Positions 1-15,300 are shown, numbered from the stretch's first letter. The stretch: DNA of 64,000 nucleotides from the human T2T-CHM13v2.0 reference genome, Homo sapiens (GCF_009914755.1 NC_060927.1), one strand, 5' to 3'. The notes: generated by a model from the letters alone, not told the origin. Made by a program: numbers and translations.

Positions 1-299
1 GGCGTAAGATAGAACTGCTGTAGACTGTGGTGTTCAAAATAATGCATGTAACATTTATTCCAAACCAGATGTGGCCCCATTCAGAGTCCCTGCTGTTTCC
101 TGAATTGAGTTTAGTAAGCTGGCATTAAGGTTTTTCCTGCTTTGACCCGAGCCTCTCTCCTGCTCCATCTTCCTCTTACACTCTCTTTTACCACTCCCTC
201 GGAATGCCCCACACTGCCTGCTGTGGTCTGCATTTGCCCAGTACTTCATGTATCCATGTCTCTGTTCATGCCCTACCCTGACTTGAAATGTCCTTGTTT

Positions 300-660
300 T
301 ATCTGTCTAACAATGGGCTCATGTGTCCTCCGACAATATTCTACTCACTTTTCAAGGTCCAGAGTAAATATCACCTCCTCCATGCAGCCTTCTCTGGTTT
401 CCTCTCACTCAGAATGAATCTCTCCTTGGCACCCACACAAACTCGCCAAGCAGATTACCTGCACTTCTTTTAGCATGTATGTCATTTTGCCCTATATTGT
501 GGTTAGCTGTTTTTATGTCTGTCTTTCTCATGTGACTGTGTAAGCTGCTTAAGGGGAAAATGGGTCTTATTTATTTTGAAATGTTTCTTCTGTTCCTAGC
601 ACCTGGAGCAGCGCCCAGAGTGCGGTAGGTGTTCAGTAAATATATGCTTAATAAATGGAA
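300..660 (+). mobile_element. L2 LINE 3' fragment
   Basis: L2-type motifs (tcaaggtccagagtaaatatcacctcctcc...; gtaggtgttcagtaaatatatgcttaataaatg tail); boundaries approximate. Confidence 0.65.
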
Positions 661-1389
661 GACTATTATGATTTTTCTTCCACATTAGATTCTCCCTAGA
701 AAAAGGCAGAAAAAAAGCAGCCATAGTTTGACTGCAGAGTTTGAATAATTTCAGAGAAATTGTTTGTTTCTTTAGGTTTTTTGTGGATTAATTTTAAATT
801 AACAAATGAAAAAGTGTTATGTTTTCAGCACCTAATTGTATTCCTGATTTAATCTTAAATATAAGACAATGCTCCCAGAAATCTGGCCTTTCTCTTCTAT
901 AATATTTTTTTCACTTCTTTTCAAACACAATGTTGTTCCACATTTTGATTAAAAAGAAATATATTTGACTGAAAGAATGGCACTATCCCGTTCAGCTATC
1001 TCTTAGGAAACGCCTGAAGGATGATGTGGCCCAGCATTTATGGCTGATGCCACTTTACACAGAACACTCAGGACTGCCCTCCCTCCCCAGGGTCACTGTG
1101 CAGTGCTTTTAATGGAGGAGGTGGTTTCCTATTTCATGATATCCTCAGGCAGGACAGCTTAGCCCCACCAATGTGAGTGGATGCTCACTGTCTCCTCAGG
1201 CATCGTCTTCTGTTTTATGCTAAAAGCAGCGTTGAATCAGCCCATTCCACTGAAGACTTACCAGTGGGCCACTAGATTTTGAGATATTTTTGCCCACTTG
1301 AGAGAAAATGTAGCTTAAGTATTTTTTTTACCCCATGTGTGCTGAATATTTTTAATTTACTCCTCCAGATATACTTCCTACCATTTTTC

Positions 1390-1810
1390 TACTCTGCTTT
1401 GTGCCCCAGGAGGCTGTCCTGTGCTTCTTTGGTCTCTGGCTTCTAGTTGGGTTCAGCCCATTGGCAGGAGATTGGAGGAAGGTAGGGAGGGAGTTGGGTA
1501 TTTATTCTCTGAGCTTCTTCCTGTGGGCTGGCTATGTCCCTCCATTGAAGGTTACAGTTTCTGTGGTGGCCCCGGCCACAGAGCTCTCTATGTGTCTGGG
1601 TTCTGGTGACCACTCCTTCCAATTGCCCCTTTAGGCTGAGAGGTGGTAACAGACCCAGCCATTACTAGGCCTCAGCTATCTCATGTTTTAGGGATACTTT
1701 TACTTCCCTTCAGGGACATTCCCATTATACCTTGTCAATAGTCTTTGTGTTAAACTTTCCTCATGACCCATGAGTGTACCATCATTTTCCTGCCAGGACT
1801 TGATTGAATC
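1390..1810. mobile_element. old ERVL-type LTR fragment (LTR33-like)
   Basis: ctctgctttgtgccccaggaggctg...ctctggcttctagttgggttcagccca...ggagattggagg resembles the LTR33 consensus as recalled; not database-verified. Confidence 0.5.
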
Positions 1811-2689
1811 ACAGTGTCATATCAGACACACCTGGAGTGTCCTAGATTTGGTTTTGTTTTTAAATCTCCTTCTCCTTGTGAAAAACTTGTGCTCCAGACT
1901 TTAGTGAGACAAGAATTGGGTAGTAAGTGAGGAAAGGAACAAAATTCATGGGGCTTTCTGCTTAGCAACTTCCTTTATCAATTCTTCTGGGAAGCATCTC
2001 AATGTTAATAAAAACCCAAACAAAATTTCTCCTTTAAAAAGAGAATTTTATAATAAAAAGGAACTGGAGAACCTGAAAATGGGAAAGAACCTTGGAAATT
2101 GTCTGGGGAGGGATCCGGGGTGCTTTGCCTGTTCTATGTCCAGAGCCCTACTCTGAGGACAGCTTCTACCCTACAATATCTTTACACAATAAAGAAGTTT
2201 GAAGCAGGTTCCTTTTGATAGATCTAAAACTTTTACTAGTCATCATGGAGCACTTTCACTATAGGGAGCACACTTTTCTTTATAATGTATCCCCATGATC
2301 ACAGGGAGTTGGATTCAGGATTGATGCCTTACACAAAGACTGCCTTCCATCCATGGTGGCTGCTTATGAGAGTCATAGTTTACTGGGGGATATCACATGG
2401 ATGGTGACTGGCTGGTGCAGTCTCAGAAAGGACCTGTCAATCCTTTCTCTTGGGGAATTTGAATAGGAGTTGTACAGTTATTAAGCCTGTAGACCTGGGA
2501 GCAGCGGAAGAAGGGACCAAGTAGCTGAATCACTGTGACAGAATAACAACAGAATAGGAAAGAGAAGACATTATCTATGGAGGGAGACCACCAGAAGCAG
2601 TCTGCTACAGCATACATCCTTAATGACTTTCCAACTTATTCTCAAGCAGGTCCTTTCCTTGCAATAACCCTAGGCAGCATTAGGCTTAA

Positions 2690-2960
2690 CTAACTTCAAG
2701 TACAGAAGAAAGAGAGTCTCTCTTTTCTAATAAAATTCCCAGGATTGAGTCTTTTTGGACTGGTTAGAGTCACATGACCAACCCTGAGCTAATCACTGTG
2801 ACTTGGGAAATGGAACACTCTCATTGATGGAGCTGGGTCACATATACACACCCAGAGCCTGGGAGGAGCGTCTATCTTACCTGAACAATGGAATGCTATT
2901 TTCAGAAGAAAGGAGAAGCCTGGACAGGCCAAAAGAACAGACTGGGTCATTTTAGCACAT
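2690..2960. mobile_element. MaLR LTR fragment (MLT1J/K/L-like)
   Basis: gagtcacatgaccaaccctgagctaatcactgtg...ctgggtcacat motifs typical of old MLT1 LTRs. Confidence 0.5.
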
Positions 2961-4884
2961 TTCAGTTTCTTACTACCTGAAAGATCCTGCCTAACATAAC
3001 TACCATTCAGAAAAGCAAATCCTCTTTTTTCTATCATGTACTGTCATCTAGTCCTATGGGCACAATTTGAATACTTTCAGGGACAGCTTACTAAACCTCC
3101 AGGTGGGCTGCCTGATATGCTGTTGAACAGCCCACACCGTAGCAAGTCCCTCATTCATATGCATCCACCTGCCTGCTGCCAATTCTCCTTGGTCCTGTTC
3201 TGTCCTATGCAACAACACTCCCAAATGTCCTCCCTCCTCCACATGACAGCCTTTTGAATTTTATGACAGTTAAGAATTAAGAATGATTACAGGGAAATTA
3301 AAATCGGGCAATCATTTGCTGGAAAGAACATATTTTTCTCATTTACCTACATGCAACGTTAAATAACTCACTCCTACTCAATTAAAAGCCCCAAGCCAAA
3401 AACATTAGGACTCCAAGTGCTCTCTCTCCCCTTCCCCCACATGGAAGATTTTATAACAGACAACTATATTGCTATAAATAATGTGCCTTGCTGTTGAGTG
3501 AGCCAGCACTGGGCCTAAATAATGACTTTAGCTGTAGAATGGCAAATCCCCCTCTGCATGCAGAACATAACAGACAATCCAGTCTGATGAGCAGGGAAAT
3601 GGAACGATTCGGCTTCCAATTGGTCTTTGTTTAATGTTGTCTCTCTTTCAAATGTCACTTAAAGTGTCACAAATTGACTAATTGATCTGTAAATGAACCT
3701 AGCAACATTTAGAGTTTAAACCTTTGAACACCTTTGGGATCTAGTGACTCAATGCTGTAGAAGCAAACCATTTCAACACCCTGGCAGCTAGGAGTTTTGC
3801 CTGAGGTTAATGAGAAGATTCCAGTGGTAAGAAGACAGTGGCCCAGCCATTATCTCTGGGCACCTTGTTCTCTGCCCTGACCCCCTTAAGGGGTCCTGAC
3901 TCTCAAGGAGACTTCCTAATCTGATAAAGTGAGATTCCTTTCAACTCAGAAGAGTTGACTATTAATTAGGGATATAAAATGTTCTTTCTATCAAGTCAAC
4001 CTGGGAAGCCTGAGATCAAAAGTCACATCACTAACCCTCAGCTCACTGGGAGCTTTCCACACCCTGCAAATGTCTGCCAGCGGGCAGCAAAAGGAGATAT
4101 TTCTTTTTGTTTTGGACTGTCCTCATGTTGTCTAAAGCTCTTAGTTCTGCTAAGGGCTGGGAGAAACAAACACTCCTGAACTTGCTGTTTCAAGGTAACC
4201 CATCCATTACCGAAACAGGAGCGTTGCTAGTTTAAAGTTCCAAGTCCCTAACATAGCTGACTTTTATGCCATTGCCTAGGTTTTGTTGCTTTCCTCTGAG
4301 TTGTTCCTTGCCCATCTGGACCTGTGTGTCCTAAAGCTGTCCTGCCTTGTCTTTGGGACACTCTGCTGTGCCCAGTATCTTTAACTAAAAACCTTGCACT
4401 GCTCAGTATCAGCTCTCGCTCTGTGACCTCCATGATGCTCTGGAGGTCCTGTTTATGCCTTGACTGCTTTGTCGCCCCATCCCACAATGTGGGCAACTCG
4501 GTGAGGCTGCCTCTGCAGCCATTCTCCACTATTGCTGCTCTGCCATCTCTGCGTGCCATCCAGACCCAGTGTTATGCCCAACGGGGAACGTTTCTGGATG
4601 CCCCTGGACTCTCCCTCACCCTTGTTAGGGATGTCTAGTATCTCAGCCTTGTAATGCAGGATACTCAGACTTTTCTCAAGAACCCCCCAGCAACTAAACG
4701 CATTGTTCTTTCTGATCCTGCCTTGAAACTTCTGTCTAGGACTTCCCAGACCTCTGACCTCTTTCTACAGCAGCTTGTAATGAAGTCTGCATTCAGACCT
4801 CCAACCTTTGCTTCTGACGTGTAAAGGAAATCTGGGGCCTTTAAAAAAATAAACCTTCTCTCTTAGCAAACCATGTTCTGTTGT

Positions 4885-7800
4885 GTTTTTTAAAAACAGT
4901 TTTATTAAGGTATAATTTATATACCATAAAATTCACTCAAAATAAATGTACAATTCAGTGATTTTAGTAAACTTATGGAATTGTGAAACAATAAACAAAA
5001 TCAGTTTTATGATATTCTCCTATCCTCAAAAAGTTCGCTCATTCCTGTTTGCAGTTAATCCCTGTTCCCACTCCCAGCCCCAGCAACCACTAATCTGTTT
5101 TCTGTCTCTATAAATGTGCTATTTCTAGACATGTCATAAAAATAGAATTATAAAATATATAGTCTTTTTTTGTCTAGCTCCTTTCACTTAGCATAATGTT
5201 TCTGAGGATGATTCATGTAGTTGCATGTATCAGCAGTTCATTCCTTTTAATCCTGAATAGAGTTCCATAAATACAACACATTTTGCTTTTCCATTTGCCA
5301 TTTGATGGACTTTGGATAATTTCCTGGTTTGGTTATTATAAATGTTGTTGTGACATTCATGTATATGTCTTTATGTGGACACACATTTTCATATCTAGAA
5401 GTGCAGTTACTTGGTTGAATGATATACTTGTATTTAAGTGTTTAAGGACTTGCCAAACTACTTTTCCTAGTGGCTGTACCACTTTACATTCTCACCAGGA
5501 AGCATGAAAGTTCCAGTTTCTCCACATTTTCACTAATTCCTCGTACTAAAAAAAAATTATTATAGCCATTCTAGTAAGTGTATAGAGGTGTCTCATTGTG
5601 GTTTTCATTTGCATTTCCTTAATGACTAATGAGGTTGAAAATCTTTTCATGTACTCATTGGCCATTCACTTATTCTCTTTGGTAAAATGTCTACTAAAAT
5701 CTTTCATCCAGTTTTTTTAGTTGGGTTACATATCTTCTTTCTATTGAGTTATTAGTATTCTCCATGCATTCTGAATACAGGTCCTTTATCAAGCATAGGA
5801 TTTGAAACTATGGCTTGTCTTTTCATTTACTTAATGATATCTTAAGTAATTGTTTTACTTAAAGTAAAATAATTTTTATTTTTAGGAAGTTCAATTAACC
5901 TTTTTTTCTTTTATATATTTTCTTTTATTGGTGTCATAGCTTTGCCAAAGCCAAGATCATAAAGAATTCTCCTGTGTTTCCTTCTAGATGATTTAGAGTT
6001 TTAACTCTTAACTTTAGGTCTGTGATCCATTTTGAGTTTATTTTTGTGTGCAGTTTGAGGGAAGGGCCTAAGTAATTTTTTTCTCACATATGGATATCCA
6101 ATTGTCCTAGCACTATTTTTTGAAACGATTATGCTTTCTCAATTGAATTGTCTTGGCATCATTGTCAAAAGTTAAGGTTATAGTCCATAAATGTAAGAAA
6201 TTATTACTAAGTCTCAGTTCTCTCCTATTAATCTATATACTTATCCTTTGCCAATACCACACTCTGTTGGTGACTATAGCTTTGGAGTAAGTTTTAAAAT
6301 TAGATCATGTAAGTTCTCTTTGTTCTTCTTCAAATTGTTTTGGCTATTTAAGTTCCTTGCATTTCCATACACATTTTCAAATCAGCTTGTTAATTTTTAC
6401 AAAAGCAGTTGCTGGGATTTTGATAGGGATTGTATTGAATTTCTAGATCAATTTGGGGAGAATTTGCCATCTTGACAATATTGACTATGCCAGTTCAGGA
6501 ATATGAACATTATTTAGATCTTTAATTGCTCAGTAACGTTTTGTAGTAATCAGTATGCAAAATTTGTACTTCTTTTTAAAAATTTATTTCTTTGTATTTG
6601 ATTCATTTTGATGTTTTTATGACAAAAATCTTTCTTAATTTTGTTTTTGGCTGTTCATTGCTAGTATATAGAAATATTGATCTTATATTCTGTGATCTTG
6701 TTAAATTCATTTATTCTAGTAGTTTTTTTGATGAATACCTTGAGACTTTCTACATAACAGATTATGTCATCTATGAATAAAAACAGTTTTACTTCTCCCT
6801 TTCAAGTCTGGGCATCTTTAATTTCCTTTTATTTATTTTTTATTGCATTAGCTAAAACATCCTTTACAGTGTTGAAAAGAAGTGGCAAAGTGGCATTGTT
6901 CCCTGTCTTAGGGGAAAAACATTTAGTCTTTTTTACCATTTAGTATGATGTGAGCTGTGGATTTTTCATGGAGACACTCTTTCAGGTTAAGGAAGTTCTC
7001 CTCTAGTTTTTGCTTGGGAAAGTTTTATCATGAATAGGTGTTAGATTTTGATAAGTGTTTTTTTCTTCATCTATTGAGCTGATTATGCATTCTTTTCCTC
7101 TTATTCTATTAATCTGGCACCTTACACTAACTGTATTTTGGGTGTAAAACCAAACTACAGACCACTTAGTTATGGCCTATAATCCTTTTACAAGTCGCTG
7201 GATTTGATTTGCTCATATTTTGTTAAGGATTTTTACATTTATGTTCATGAGTGATATCAATCTGTAGTTTCTTCTTTTTTGGTATCTTTGTGTTGTTTTG
7301 GTATCAAAATAATACCTTAAAGAAGAGGTGAGAATTGTTCCTTCTTCTGTTTTCCAAAAGAGTTTGTAAAGGATTGTTACTATATTGTCTTAAAATATTT
7401 AAGAAAACTCACTGGTGAATTCTGAGCCTGGGCTTTTCTTTGTGGAAATATTTAAAATTAAGACTCAATTTCTTCACTTGTTATAGATCTATTTAGATTT
7501 TCTCTTCTTGAGTCAGTTTTGGTAATTTGTGTTGTTTTAGGTATTCATTTCATCTAAGTTGTCTATTTTTTGTTGTGAAGTTGTTCATATTTTCTTATAT
7601 ATTTTTTAATTCTGTAGGGTCAGAAGTTATATCCCCCTTTTAATTTCTGATTTGGGTAATTTGTTTTCAGTCAGTCTAGCTAAGTTTTGTTAACTGTGTT
7701 GGTAATTCATAAAACCAACTTTTGATTTTATGGATTTTATCTTATTTTCCCATTTCATTGATTTCTACTCTAATCTTCATTAATTCTTTTCTTTTACTTG

Positions 7801-9415
7801 GATTTTGTTTACTTTTCACTTTCTTTTTTAGTTTCTTAAGGTGACAGCTTAAGGTGACAGCTTAGGTTATTGATTTGATACTTTCTGATATAGGTGTTTA
7901 AAGCTCTCAGTTTTCCTCAGAATGCTGCCTTAGCTGCTTCCCATAAATTATTAAAATTTTATTTTCATTCAGTTCAAAATATTTTTAAATTTCCTCTGTT
8001 ATTTCTTTGTTGAACCAATGGTTTATTTAGAATAGTCCTATTTAATTTCCAAATGTTTGAAAATTTCCTAGTTTATTCTCTGGTTTAGATTTCTAACTTA
8101 ATTTCATTGTGTTTGAAGAATATATTTTTATAGCATGAACCCTTTTAATATAGTAAGACTTGTTTTCTGGCCTAGCATATGGTCCATCTTGGAGAATATT
8201 TCATATATAATTGAAAAGAATGTGTGTTCTGCAGTCATTGGGTATGGAGCTCTATTAAGTTTTCCTTCAGAATCCACCAGGGATTGTTTTAGGATCTCCT
8301 GGTGCTCATATCACTTATATAAATTAGTGTAGTATTTGCATACATCTTATGCATGTCCTCCCATATACTTTAAATCATCTTTAGATTACTTATAATACCT
8401 AATACAATGTAAATGATATGTAAATAGTTGCATTGTATTTTTATTGTTGACTTGCTATTTTTAATTGTTGATTTTTTCAAATATTTTCAATCCACAGTTG
8501 GTTGAATCTGCAGATAGGGAGGGCCAATTGCATATTGCTACTCACATAGAGTTGATTGACAGTATTGCTCAAGTCTTCAATATTCTTGCAATTTTGCAGG
8601 GGAGGATCTGGTTGTTCTATCAGTTACTGAGAGTGAGGCATTAAAATCGCCAAGAAGAAGTGTTGAATTGTCTATTTTTCCTTTCAAGTCTATTGTTTTT
8701 GTGGTATTTTGGTGCTCTGTCTATAAGTCCATATATACATTTATAATTGTCATATTTTACTAATGTACTGGCAGTTCTATTTTTATAAAATGTCCTTATC
8801 TTTGATAACATTTTTTATCTTAAAATTTGTTTTGTTTGACAGTAATATAGTTATTGCAGCTCTCTTATGTTTGCATGGTCTATCTTTTTACAATATTTTT
8901 TTCAACTTATATTTTTCGTTGAATCTAAGGTGTGTCTCTTATACACAGCATATAGTTGGATCTTGATTTTTCATGACAATCTTTGTCTTTTCATTTAGAC
9001 TATGAAGGTTTAATGCATTTATTGATATGATTTAATTTACGTTTACTGTGTTGCTATTTATTTTATAAATGTCTTCTTTCTTTTTTGTCACTCTGTTCCT
9101 CTTTGATTCTTTTGTGTTAAATACATATTTTAATTAGCTTGTTCATTTTTAAAAATATTTCTGTGAGTTATTTTCTTAGTGATATTGTTCTAGTGATTAT
9201 GATATGCACTTTAACTTATCACAATATACTTCAGATTAACATAACTTGATTCTGATAAAATGTAGAAACTTCGCTCCAATATACTTCCATTCATTCCTTA
9301 TCCTTTGTATTATATTTTGTAATATTATATATATACACACATACATACACATGTATATAATAATGATAACAACACAGTATTAAAATTATTTATTCATGCA
9401 ATGGTATGTCTTTTA
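4885..9415 (-). mobile_element. old L1M (L1MB/MC-like) LINE, 3' end plus degraded ORF2
   Basis: T-rich L1 3'UTR start (ttttattaaggtataatttatataccataaaattcac), then degenerate antisense ORF2 motifs (tctcattgtggttttcatttgcatttcc; gggattgtattgaatttctagatcaatttggggag); no open ORF. Confidence 0.85.
8257..8530. mobile_element. MER2 (Tigger-derived MITE) inserted in L1M
   Basis: tactttaaatcatctttagattacttataatacctaatacaatgtaaatg...ttcaatccacagttggttgaatctgcagat...gagggccaattg matches the MER2 consensus as recalled. Confidence 0.75.
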
Positions 9416-10331
9416 ATAGTAAACTAAAGCACTTTACATTCCCTGCGAATCTTGTTTTATAGGGAATAAAAAGCTCTTTGGTTTAACATTTTCAGAGTTA
9501 TCTTTCCATTTCAGTGTCTGATTCACTTTAACCTCAGTGACCACTTAGCTTATTTGGTTCCCCAACTACTATCTTGAGTTGTCCAGATTCCAGGCTTTCT
9601 TTTTAATGAGAAACACTCAATTCTTTTGAATTTTAGTGTCTTTCCCAGCTCCTTGACCTTACCATGAGTCACATGCCTGTAATCTTCTATATTCAGAATT
9701 GAATCTGAGATCTGAGTTCCAGTTGAATTTTGAGCCATTCTAGTCCTGGACCACCTAATACTATGACTTCCAGATTTTAATGTCTACATCTGGGGACATG
9801 ATAGTTCAAGCTTTCACAAACAAGAAAGGTATTCATTTAAAAACTTGGGGTACTCTTGCTTAGGAAAATGGTGAAAATAATAACAAACCCATAATTTTTA
9901 GGGGTTTTATCATTGCTTGCTATTTTCTCCACAACTTGCATGTTTATAGTTTCCATCCTGCTTCCATCCAGCTACTTCTTCTCCCTAAGCTTCCATCTGG
10001 CTACTTCTACTTCCCAAGTAGGCCATGTGTCATTATCTCCCCATCCCTGGGTCAATGCTGCTCCCAAAGAGGCCCTGATTCAGTGGGCCATTCCATTTTC
10101 ACCATGAGTGTGGTGACTGGTGATCCTTTCATGTGGATTCTTTCATGTGGACGTGATTCTCCATACCTGAGCCAACACTGCTGTCCCTGGGAAAAGGGCC
10201 TCTGTGTGGGGTATGGGCAGGCTCACCTGCCCTTATTTGATTTATGGGAATTCTTCTATTTACCCATGCTTTCCCCAAACTGACTATAGTTAATTGGATG
10301 GTAGATCCCAAAAGATATGCCTGTATCCTAA

Positions 10332-10673
<342 letters not shown>

Positions 10674-11589
10674 CTAAACTTTTCCCAAAACTGACCAACC
10701 ACCTCCCCTTGGAATTTAGTGAGCAGATTAAGCTTAAGCTTTATGCCTCTCTTCAAATCTTCTCCTACATTTGATTTTAGCTCATTTTTTTCCCCATTGT
10801 TCCAGCCCCTTCCTCATTCCTACCCCTCTGCCAATATTCTGAACATCTACACAGAAATACCATACTGCATTACTCCCATTTTCTCTCCTTCATTACTATA
10901 GAACTATGTAAAATCAAGTAGAGGGAAGGGCAAAGAATAAAAGCAAAAAACTGGGGACACACTAATGTTATTAGAGATAACGTAGAAATTTTAACATAAT
11001 GATTCAATTTCTACATAGACTATTCCCATCCAGTTATGTCACTATCCCAGAGGTTGGTTTAAATCCCTTTTTTCATTCAATAGGAATTCAAAAAGCACCT
11101 CTCTGCACAGCTGTGTGATAGATTGAGAAATGTCCTTTGCTCCCAAGGAGCTCAGTTCACATTACCTTGATTAACTATGGACTAAAGCTTCTCTTTTCTT
11201 TACTAGAGGCCAACTATAGAGAGGGTTAAAAAGCCTCAGTTATTAGAATTCACAAAGTCACTATTGCATAAAATTCCTTTAATATTCCATGCATAATTAT
11301 TGCTGTCCTTAGTGGATCAGACCACTCCCTGCCTGACTTCTCAACAGTAATCCATATCAGATCTATAGAGAATCAGTTACACAGTGATGTGACTTGGTAA
11401 ATTCTTCCACATCAGTCAGCAAAGCTCAGCGGTCATATTCTGGATAGTCTGTCCCCAGATGCTTGTTTATTATAAAGTAAACTGAGTCTGCCCAGTGAAA
11501 TTTATCCCACATTACTAGATGTGGTGAAATAAACAGAAAAAAGTCATTGGTCTTCCCTTCAGAATATGTAGACCTACAGGCTCCCCATT

Positions 11590-11900
11590 ACAGAAAGCAT
11601 TATTTCTTTTTTCTAGGTATGACTTTCTTTGGTTCCAAATGCAAAAGTGATATGTACTCAAGCAGAAAAAAAAAATACAATACTAACAAAATAAAGGCAC
11701 TAAAAATTGCCCCTAATCCCAGTATCCACACAGATAACTACTGATAATATTTCGGTATATAGTATATCTTTTTTTCTCTGCAGAGATACTTTTTGCCTAT
11801 GTCAAAACAGTGTTACACTGTACATATTATTTTGCGGGCTGCTTTTTCAGCTCATAGTGCATAGTGAACATTTTCCCATTATATTCATGTTAGAACTGGC
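11590..11900 (-). mobile_element. L1ME/MC-like 3' fragment
   Basis: cccagtatccacacagataactactgataatatt...tacatattattttgcgggctgctttttcagctc resembles an old L1 3'UTR. Confidence 0.5.
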
Positions 11901-11939
11901 AGTAGAAGCATCGTTCTTCCTTTAACAGATTTTACCTTA

Positions 11940-12372
11940 TGGCTGGCTGACTCTAGTTATCTCCTCCTGGTCTTCCTGCTTTGAGTCTTTTACACTCCCT
12001 GGCCACCCTATGCCTGTTTACAAGATTGATCTGCCTAAAATACTATTTGTACCCTTGACCCCCAACCAGAATCCTTGATACAACTTTTTCCTTCATTCTG
12101 CCCCAATTGCCTAGAGGGAGGAGTTCTCACCTAGCCCTTTATTCCAGGCTGTCCTCAACAAGTCCAAGATGATTTATGTACATTATTTTGCATCACTTAT
12201 TACATAAATCCTTTGTCTAAATGAGTTTCCATCCCACATGGTTTGCTCATTATTCCCTGATAGACAACTCAACCTCCCCATTGAAGCCGCTCTATCTGCT
12301 GGTAGAGTCTTCCTCTCCTATTCTCTATCTTTGCCCAGGTTCTTTTCTGCCGTTACTGCCCAGATGTTTTCT
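11940..12372 (+). mobile_element. L2 fragment, apparently continuing at ~18458-18640 beyond the L1MA insertion
   Basis: ctcctcctggtcttcctgct...tgatctgcctaaaatac L2-like motifs; similar sequence resumes after the L1MA TSD. Confidence 0.5.
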
Positions 12373-15300
12373 TTGCTTTTTAATTTTTTTAAAAAAATTT
12401 TATGGGTACATAGTAGGTGTATATATTTATGAGGTATATTGGATATTTTGATACAGGCATGCAATGTGTAATAATCACATCAAGGTAATCACCTTGAGCA
12501 TTTATATTTTGTGTTACAAACAATCCAAGTATACTCTTAATTATTTTAGAATGTATAATTAAATCATTATTGACCATAGTCACCTGCTTTTGCTATAAAA
12601 TACTAGATCTTCTTCATTCTTTCTATTTTTTTTAATCCATTAGCCACCCCCACTTCCTCCCCACCCCCCATTACACTTCCCAACCTCTGGTAACCATCAT
12701 TCTATTCTCTATCTCCATGAGTTCAATTGTTTTAATTTTTTGATCCCACAAATAAATGAGAACATGCAAAGTTTTTCTTCCTGTGCCTGGTTTATTTCAC
12801 TTAACATAATGACCTCCTTGTTGCAAATGATAGAATCTCTTTATTTTTTATGGCCGAATAAAATTCCATTGTGTATGCGTGCCACATTTTCTTTATCCAT
12901 CTATCTCTTGATGGACATGTAGGTTGCTTCCAATCTTGACTATTGTGAATAGTGCTACAATAAACGTGAGAGTGCAGACATCTCTTAAATGTACTGATTT
13001 CCTTTCTTTTGTGTATATCCCTAGCAGTGGAATTGCTGGATCATATAGTAGCTCTATTTTTAGTTTTTTGAGAAACCTTCAAATTATTCTCCATGGTAGT
13101 TGTACTAATTTACATTCCCACCAACAGTTATAGGGGTTTCCTTTTCTCCACACCCTCTCCAGCATTTGTTATTGCCTATCTTTTGGATAAAAGCCATTTT
13201 AACTGGGGTGAGATGATATCTCGTTGTTGTTTTGATTTGCATTTCTCTGATGATCAATGATGTAGAGCACCTTTTCATATACCAGTTTGCCATTTATATG
13301 TCCTCTTTGGAGAATCAGATATTTTGTCCATTTTCAAAATCAGATTATTATAATTTTTCCTCTAAAGTTGGTTGAGCTTCTTATATATTCTGGTTATTAA
13401 TCTGTTGTCAGATAGATAGTTTGCAAATATTTTCTCCCAGTATCTCTTCACTTTGTTGGCTGTTTACTCTGCTATGCAAAAAGCTTTTTAACTTGATGTT
13501 ATCCCATTTGTCCATTTTTGCTTTGGTTGTCTGTGTTTGTTGGGGTATTACTCAGGAAATCTTTGCCCAGTCCAATGTTCTGGAGAGTTTCCTCAATGTT
13601 TTCTTGTAGTAGTTTAATAGTTTCAGGTCTTAGATTTAAGTCTTTAATCCATTTTGATTTGATTTTTGTACACAGAGAAAAATAACGGCCTAATTTTATT
13701 TTTCTGCATATGGATATCCAATTTTCCCAGCACTATCTATTGAAAAGACTGTCCTTTTCCCCAATGAATGTTACTGGTGCCTTTGTCAAAAATAACTTCA
13801 CTGTAGATGTATGGATTTGTTTCTGGGTTCTACATTCAGTTCCATTGGTATATATGTCTGTTTTTGTGCCAGTACAATACTGTTTTTGTTTCAGGAGCAT
13901 ATTGTTTAATTTCCATGTGTTTGTATAGTTTCCAAAATTCCTCTTGTTGTTGACTTCTAGCCTTATTCAATTGTGGTCAGAAAAGATACTTGATATTATT
14001 TCAGTTTTTTGAATATTTTAAGACTTGTCTTGTGGCCTAACATATGCGTATTGTCTATCCTTGAGAATGATCCATGTACTGGCAAGAAGAATGTGCATTC
14101 TGTAGCCATTTGATGAAGTGCTCTGTAAATAACTATTAGGTACACTTGACCTATAGGGCAGATTAAATCTGTTTTTTCTTTGTTGATTTTTTTGTTCTAG
14201 ATGATCTGTCCAATGCTGAAAGTGGGGTGGTGAAGTCTTCAGATATTATTTTAGTGCTAATAATGTTTATTTATATATCTGGGTGCTCCAGTGTTGGTTG
14301 CATGTATATTTACAATTATTGTATCTTTTTTCTGAATTGACTCCTTTATCATTATGTAATGACCTTTGTCTCTTTCTATAGTTTTTGTCTTGAAAAGTTA
14401 TTTTGTCTGATACAGGTGTAGCTACTCTTGCTCTTTTTTGGTTTCCATTTGCATGGAGTATCTTTTTCCATCCTTTATTATTTTCAGTCTATGTATGTCT
14501 TTATATATGAAGTGCATTTCTTGCAGGCAACAGATGACCGGGGCTTGCTTTTTTTTTTTTTTTTTTTTGAGACAATGTCTCACTCTGTCACCCAGACTGG
14601 AGTGCAGTGGCACAATCTCGGCTCACTGCAAGCTCTGCCTCCTGGGTTCGCGCCATTCTCCTGCCTCAGCCTCCTGATTAGCTGGGACTACAGGTGCCTG
14701 CCACTACGCCCAGCTAATTTTTTGTATTTTTTAGTAGAGACGAGGTTTCACCGTGTTAGCCAGGATGGTCTCGATCTCCTGACCTCGTGATCTGTCCGCC
14801 TCGGCCTCCCAAAGTGCTGGGATTACAGGCGTGAGCCACTGCGCCCGGCCATATCTTTTTTAATCCATCGAGGCACTCTATGTATTTTGACTGGAGAGTT
14901 TAGTCCATTTACACTAAATGTTATTATTAATAAATAAGGGCTTACTCCTGCCATTTTGCTATTTTTTTTTCTAGTGGTTTTGTGGTCTTATCTTCCTTCT
15001 TTTCTTTTTTTCTGTGTTCCTTTTAGTGAAGGTGATTTTCTCTGGTGGTATGTTTTAATTTCTTGCTTTTTATTTTTTGTGTATCTGTTGTATGTTTTTA
15101 GATTTGAGGTTACCATAAGGCTTGCACTTAATATCTTATAACTCATTATTTTAAACTGATGACAATTTAACTTCGATTGTATAAACAAACTAAAAAACAA
15201 GCAAAAAGAAAACTAATAAAACTATAATTTTGTCTCTCTGCTTTGTAACTTTTTATTGTTTCTATTTATATGCCATTGCGCTGTCTTGAAAAGTTCTCGT

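Noticed and set aside
7836-7866. 13-bp tandem duplication cttaaggtgacag
   Set aside because: Ordinary slippage inside a dead L1
14428-14790. ORFs overlapping Alus (also ~10408, 32244, 55218, 57159, 59383)
   Set aside because: Typical Alu-derived translations (LSPRLECSG..., FSCLSL...)
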